From the IMG/VR virus record IMGVR_UViG_3300021420_000017, positions 82,651 to 146,650 of that record: a DNA stretch of 64,000 nt, one strand, 5' to 3'. Every line of letters begins with the position of its first letter. The first letter of the stretch is position 1. Shown here one piece after another: positions 61,101 through 64,000 of the stretch. The position numbers and the translations under genes are program-made. A model generated the notes under the pieces. That model was not told where the DNA came from. It saw nothing but the letters and a program-made list of their open reading frames with translations, and ran no database searches. Source of the DNA: a virus.

Positions 61101-62807
61101 GCCGTCACGGTCGCGGGACAGATCAGTTTCATTGACACTCAGACCCCTTGGGGCACGTTGGTTGTCGGTCTGGGGAACTATGTTGCTGGCACTTATCCGA
61201 CCACCTCCGTTCCGATGATCGACCTCGGCACATTCATTGTGATGGATGATGGTCGGATCATGAGCATCAATGACACCGAGATCTTCTATAATCTGACGCT
61301 TGCGAGCAACGACACACTCACTTTCGACTTCATGCCCACGAAGTCACTGAGCGGTCCTGAGACGCCGAGTGGATCGGATCCGGTCATCACTCCTTGGGCC
61401 ATCGCGATCTCTCGAAACGGCACCTATCTGACTACGTTGTTGTCGGGAAGTGGTTACAGCAGCATCCGTAGTTTGCAGGGCGCGGTCGGCCAGAGTTACA
61501 CCTCGTTCAACTGGACTCCGCGTGCTACTCAGATCCCCACCAGCAACACTGTCTCCTATCACCTGCCGATGCCCACTGATGGATCGCTTACTGTTCCCTT
61601 CACTTCAACGACGCCAAATATCTGGACAGACTCGCATGGATTTCAATGGACTTATAGTTATGGCTGGCAGTTCAATACCGCGAGTGCTGTCTACGCGAAT
61701 GCTAATTACGCCTCTGCCGCGCTCGCGACTCCCGGACAGGAGTTATCGCTTTACCTCAACACACTCGATACCTTCGGGACGCTGAGGTTTACGGTTCTGA
61801 CCAACGCCGCCGGGGTGCCATTAACTAACCAGTCGGTTGCCATCATTGACGGGGCTGGTTCGACCATCTACCTACGTCTGCGTGCAGATGGAGCGCTCAC
61901 TGATCCGGTGGGCAATGTGGTAGCTGCCAGCGGGCTGAACATGGGTCTGCCGATCACCGTCCGCTATCTCAACCCTCAGTGGTGCAGCAGTGCCTTCAAG
62001 ACCACCTATGGAGTGGCATCTAATCACAATCAAGCCATCGTCTTCTGCCAGGATGGGGTGGTGACAGGGGTTTTCACTGGCTACAACATCTTGCGCGGGA
62101 CGACTCGGGGCCTGCTCGGTTATGCCTACGACTCCACCCACTACACGATCATCGAGGGCATGGCCTGGTCCCCCGAGGCCAGCCAGGTACTGACCCAGTC
62201 CGGGGCTGGAGTTACCTGGGGTCAGGTCGACCAAGGAGACACCATCACCTGGGGCGGTCTGCTCGGGCACACACTGGCCAACATCAATCCCATCGAAGCC
62301 CGAGTCGTGCAGAAAAGGGCCTCCAGCGATACCTGGCTCATGGACAACCTGAGCCTGTTCTCTGACCCGATCGAGTGGGAGTTCTCCAACAACGGCGGAG
62401 AGATCTGGTGCTCAGCCTATGAGATCCGCAACAACCCCAATGGGGTTCTAGTTTTCCCTCCAACCCCTGTCGATGCTCAGGGTCAGGCTCCGGCGGGCTT
62501 GTTGCGTTGGCGGGTGACTGCCTTCGGGCCGAACTGCTGGGTGAGTCATATCGTCATCCGCCCCTGGTACGTCGGCTTCATGCGGGGAGCCCCGGTGCGC
62601 TCTACTGCATCTGCGCACGGGCCGAACCTGAACTCCTATGATCACTATCCGCCCATTGAGTCGGACCCGCGCTTTCAGGTATGGAGTAATCCGATCCCCC
62701 GTGACTGGTTCTTCGCCTTCCGGTCGATCAATGGACAGGTCACGAACAGTGATGCGACTCAGTGGGTAACCCTGCTGGTCGGCGACGCCTTCATTATCCC
62801 GAGTTAG
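58143..62807 (+). CDS. Large baseplate/tail fibre protein (1554 aa)
   Basis: ATGA overlap; multiple beta-sandwich/lectin-like segments. Confidence 0.75.
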   Translation: MTHPSLSPVFVDHSDLATLTNALALNSTQLPPASADQQFWATPDRPNTDATIEVVEIDLSGARLVNTLSFDLARYPHSVSVEYADASGAWRPAIDASSGTPVSVSISESVPARLPKATVIPGHLHPQHAYANHWEPISLRLRPVNMLRLRLQLQRSTQSAPPTDTFGMPVAYSLAVANLRIGYEVAGLNDVPRSVLETGSFNTQESFATTSDLLGSSVDYALRTKGAANILNNTGAPSLLIWQSEPQPFPGAVVPFYADIRDAGQAQILDKIFIDPVQSGAHITIYYSNDVPIGGFDGSATALTAEQAQMLGTATLQSDRLRLGSGSGSASVKIDNQAIGFDPSLPWWVGMVIRPNFTPSSGMAPRTLFDCGTAQVQLVGSGVALSMTGNNALVLPLDYGALQSISLIASFDGSRLRLHARTSIQDKSLDAVVSVAPPTAPIASFMLGASLDTTHGASIDVLDFVLKEEALASDIFLDEPDAYSSVSDFPGEDAAIARNALIRFDPFNTLSLSGMSPSGLYGGVANKYASMFWTPIPRDYIAQRGWMKLPPTQAKFIKLEFTNLQAVYNEVYIPVNQTVLTFPPTVMRDFAESQALTERAQQTHELGNVIQASLAGKLPFTDFPTITGTGGTGKGYTNTEAYVVDDYNSAQNFYAARGVNWGYENWHPGISAPRWSSTSEHVYTTQIVTRTTTVAYQVGLRQISFARTLYTGNDTVGCYDDALFDELNISSSSWIFETDQQALSSGQAQQAQATSVTFGASRDVRGVQFAAQQSPPVQILPDSGFDDPQRRYWQLVGDAQVVPDVSKIPVIGSVLELTRSVVLGYWGDIAPVYLTYGGMALAALTWGQLAQGAHTSETLGGIASLPQKQPVGGRLYAAARVFAEQDLVSPLWVQIVDTVTGAVLSEESAVVKRDQVTEWYTSYTLGEGGARVGNLWGDLTGSTSPVLPRLSDSFARADASTLGTMDTNQIWQATAGGGLHIASAKAAVTVAGQISFIDTQTPWGTLVVGLGNYVAGTYPTTSVPMIDLGTFIVMDDGRIMSINDTEIFYNLTLASNDTLTFDFMPTKSLSGPETPSGSDPVITPWAIAISRNGTYLTTLLSGSGYSSIRSLQGAVGQSYTSFNWTPRATQIPTSNTVSYHLPMPTDGSLTVPFTSTTPNIWTDSHGFQWTYSYGWQFNTASAVYANANYASAALATPGQELSLYLNTLDTFGTLRFTVLTNAAGVPLTNQSVAIIDGAGSTIYLRLRADGALTDPVGNVVAASGLNMGLPITVRYLNPQWCSSAFKTTYGVASNHNQAIVFCQDGVVTGVFTGYNILRGTTRGLLGYAYDSTHYTIIEGMAWSPEASQVLTQSGAGVTWGQVDQGDTITWGGLLGHTLANINPIEARVVQKRASSDTWLMDNLSLFSDPIEWEFSNNGGEIWCSAYEIRNNPNGVLVFPPTPVDAQGQAPAGLLRWRVTAFGPNCWVSHIVIRPWYVGFMRGAPVRSTASAHGPNLNSYDHYPPIESDPRFQVWSNPIPRDWFFAFRSINGQVTNSDATQWVTLLVGDAFIIPS

Positions 62808-62814
62808 GACATCG

Positions 62815-63531
62815 ATGTCTCGATCACACTTCTACCGAACCATCCAGTCGATGGGTGGCTCCACGATCTCAGGGGCATCGGTCACGGTCTGCGCTGCGGG
62901 AACTGTCATCCCGATCGCGGGCCCCCTCTATGCGGATGCGTCTTCTGCCTCCACCCTCTCCAACCCATTCATCCCCACGAATGGCGTCATCGACTTCTAC
63001 CTCGCGGCTCCTCAAGACATCTGTCTTCAGATCAACTATGGCAGTGCTTCTCTACTCGTTGATTATCAACCAGTACTGCCACAGGCTCATGAGATCGTCA
63101 TAGCGAGCGCATCATCCTACGCGGAGAACATCTCGGGCACACCTACCGTTGGGGTCAGCGGAGGATCGATTCTGATCCCCACCACTGCCATCACCATCGC
63201 CCCGACAACCAGCGCGATGCTCCTGCAGTGGAGTTTGACCGCCACCATCACCAGCGCCGGGCTCGGGCAGATTGGAGCGGCCCTGGTAGAAATCACGGGC
63301 GCACCTACCGAGCTGACGACCATCTATGACCGGATCGAAGATCCCACCATCGACACCAACTACAACAAGACCACGATCTCGGGCTCGCGCAGGGTCTCCG
63401 GCTTCTCCACCGCGCGTCTGTTCGCGCTCTACCTCTACGTCTGGCAGCCCGGTAGTGGATCTTTGCTACAGGCCAGTGCGCTCAACGCCGCAGATGCACC
63501 TTCGTGGCTGCTGGCCACCACGTTGCAGTAA
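62815..63531 (+). CDS. Minor tail protein (238 aa)
   Basis: GASVTV..GT..LYAD..NPF..NGVIDFY N-terminal pattern of phage tailspike head domains. Confidence 0.65.
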   Translation: MSRSHFYRTIQSMGGSTISGASVTVCAAGTVIPIAGPLYADASSASTLSNPFIPTNGVIDFYLAAPQDICLQINYGSASLLVDYQPVLPQAHEIVIASASSYAENISGTPTVGVSGGSILIPTTAITIAPTTSAMLLQWSLTATITSAGLGQIGAALVEITGAPTELTTIYDRIEDPTIDTNYNKTTISGSRRVSGFSTARLFALYLYVWQPGSGSLLQASALNAADAPSWLLATTLQ

Positions 63532-63632
63532 GTCGCAGTGGCTTGCTAAGTAAGAGTACAACTCGACATTAGTACAATCGACTTGCGCATTTAACCATTC
63601 ATCCTGCATCCTAGTGTCATTGATGCAGGAGG

Positions 63633-63953
63633 GTGAGTGCTGTGCTGCTCGACATCGCAGTCGCTCGGGCCGTTGCCCGAGCCAAGCTGCTGGAGCGCGC
63701 TGTCCATGATTCGGGCCCCTGGGAGATCGAGATCAACGGGATGCGCTTCCCTGCGGTCAAGGTCAAGTCTGATGTCCGGGTGCTCTTCCTGACCCACATC
63801 CCGCAGATGTGCTTCGTCACCGCGCCCGAGTTCGCCCAACTCTACTGCCGGGGCGAGCTGGTCGGCTCGCGGCAGATCATCACCCCGCTGGAGGGCAGCT
63901 ACTCCATCCAGTGGGCTCTCTCCGTGGATGAGCCCTCTCCCATTTCGGTCTAA
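63633..63953 (+). CDS. Hypothetical protein (103-106 aa; GTG 63642 is the likelier start)
   Basis: AGGAGG at 63627-63632; high GC3. Confidence 0.65.
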   Translation: MSAVLLDIAVARAVARAKLLERAVHDSGPWEIEINGMRFPAVKVKSDVRVLFLTHIPQMCFVTAPEFAQLYCRGELVGSRQIITPLEGSYSIQWALSVDEPSPISV

Positions 63954-64000
63954 TCGTGGTCGCTGTCTCCATTCTGGAACGACCACTGATGCCCAATGGT

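Noticed and set aside
1-64000. tRNA, rRNA, group I/II introns, terminase
   Set aside because: None recognised by eye. All core ORFs are continuous; tRNAscan-SE and Infernal would be needed to exclude small RNAs.

Overview
A 64-kb slice of the virion-morphogenesis region of a large, GC-rich, contractile-tailed phage, probably infecting an actinobacterium. The layout recalls Mycobacterium cluster C (Bxz1-like) and Rhodococcus E3-type myoviruses; this is an inference, no search was run. Nearly all real genes are on the + strand. In order: low-complexity or Zn-ribbon head-region proteins, an intein-containing portal, three membrane proteins, a 1635-aa SWIM/intein/Nudix protein, prohead protease-scaffold, head decoration protein, major capsid protein (MCP), about 19 kb of fibre/appendage-like genes with endolysin and holin, neck, sheath, tube, frameshifted chaperones, tape measure, baseplate and a 1554-aa baseplate/fibre protein. 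The standout is a 2.3-kb minus-strand cassette directly after MCP. It encodes a 6xHTH protein, a Zn-finger PD-(D/E)XK nuclease and an apparently inactive nuclease paralogue, and it is bracketed by a perfect 66-bp inverted copy of MCP coding sequence (20069-20134 vs 22458-22523). The repeat ends exactly where the MCP 3' end switches to AT-rich codons, and flipping the segment would give MCP a different in-frame C-terminus. Also notable: a 13-copy bipartite late-promoter-like motif (CTGYC-N19-21-TGAAGTAGTGA), one copy inside the protease gene ahead of a nested scaffold start; a recurring [KRH]-x-A motif that may mark protease cleavage of head polyproteins; and low-GC3 patches in conserved core genes. 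No CRISPR array, tRNA, reverse transcriptase or terminase was recognised in the window.
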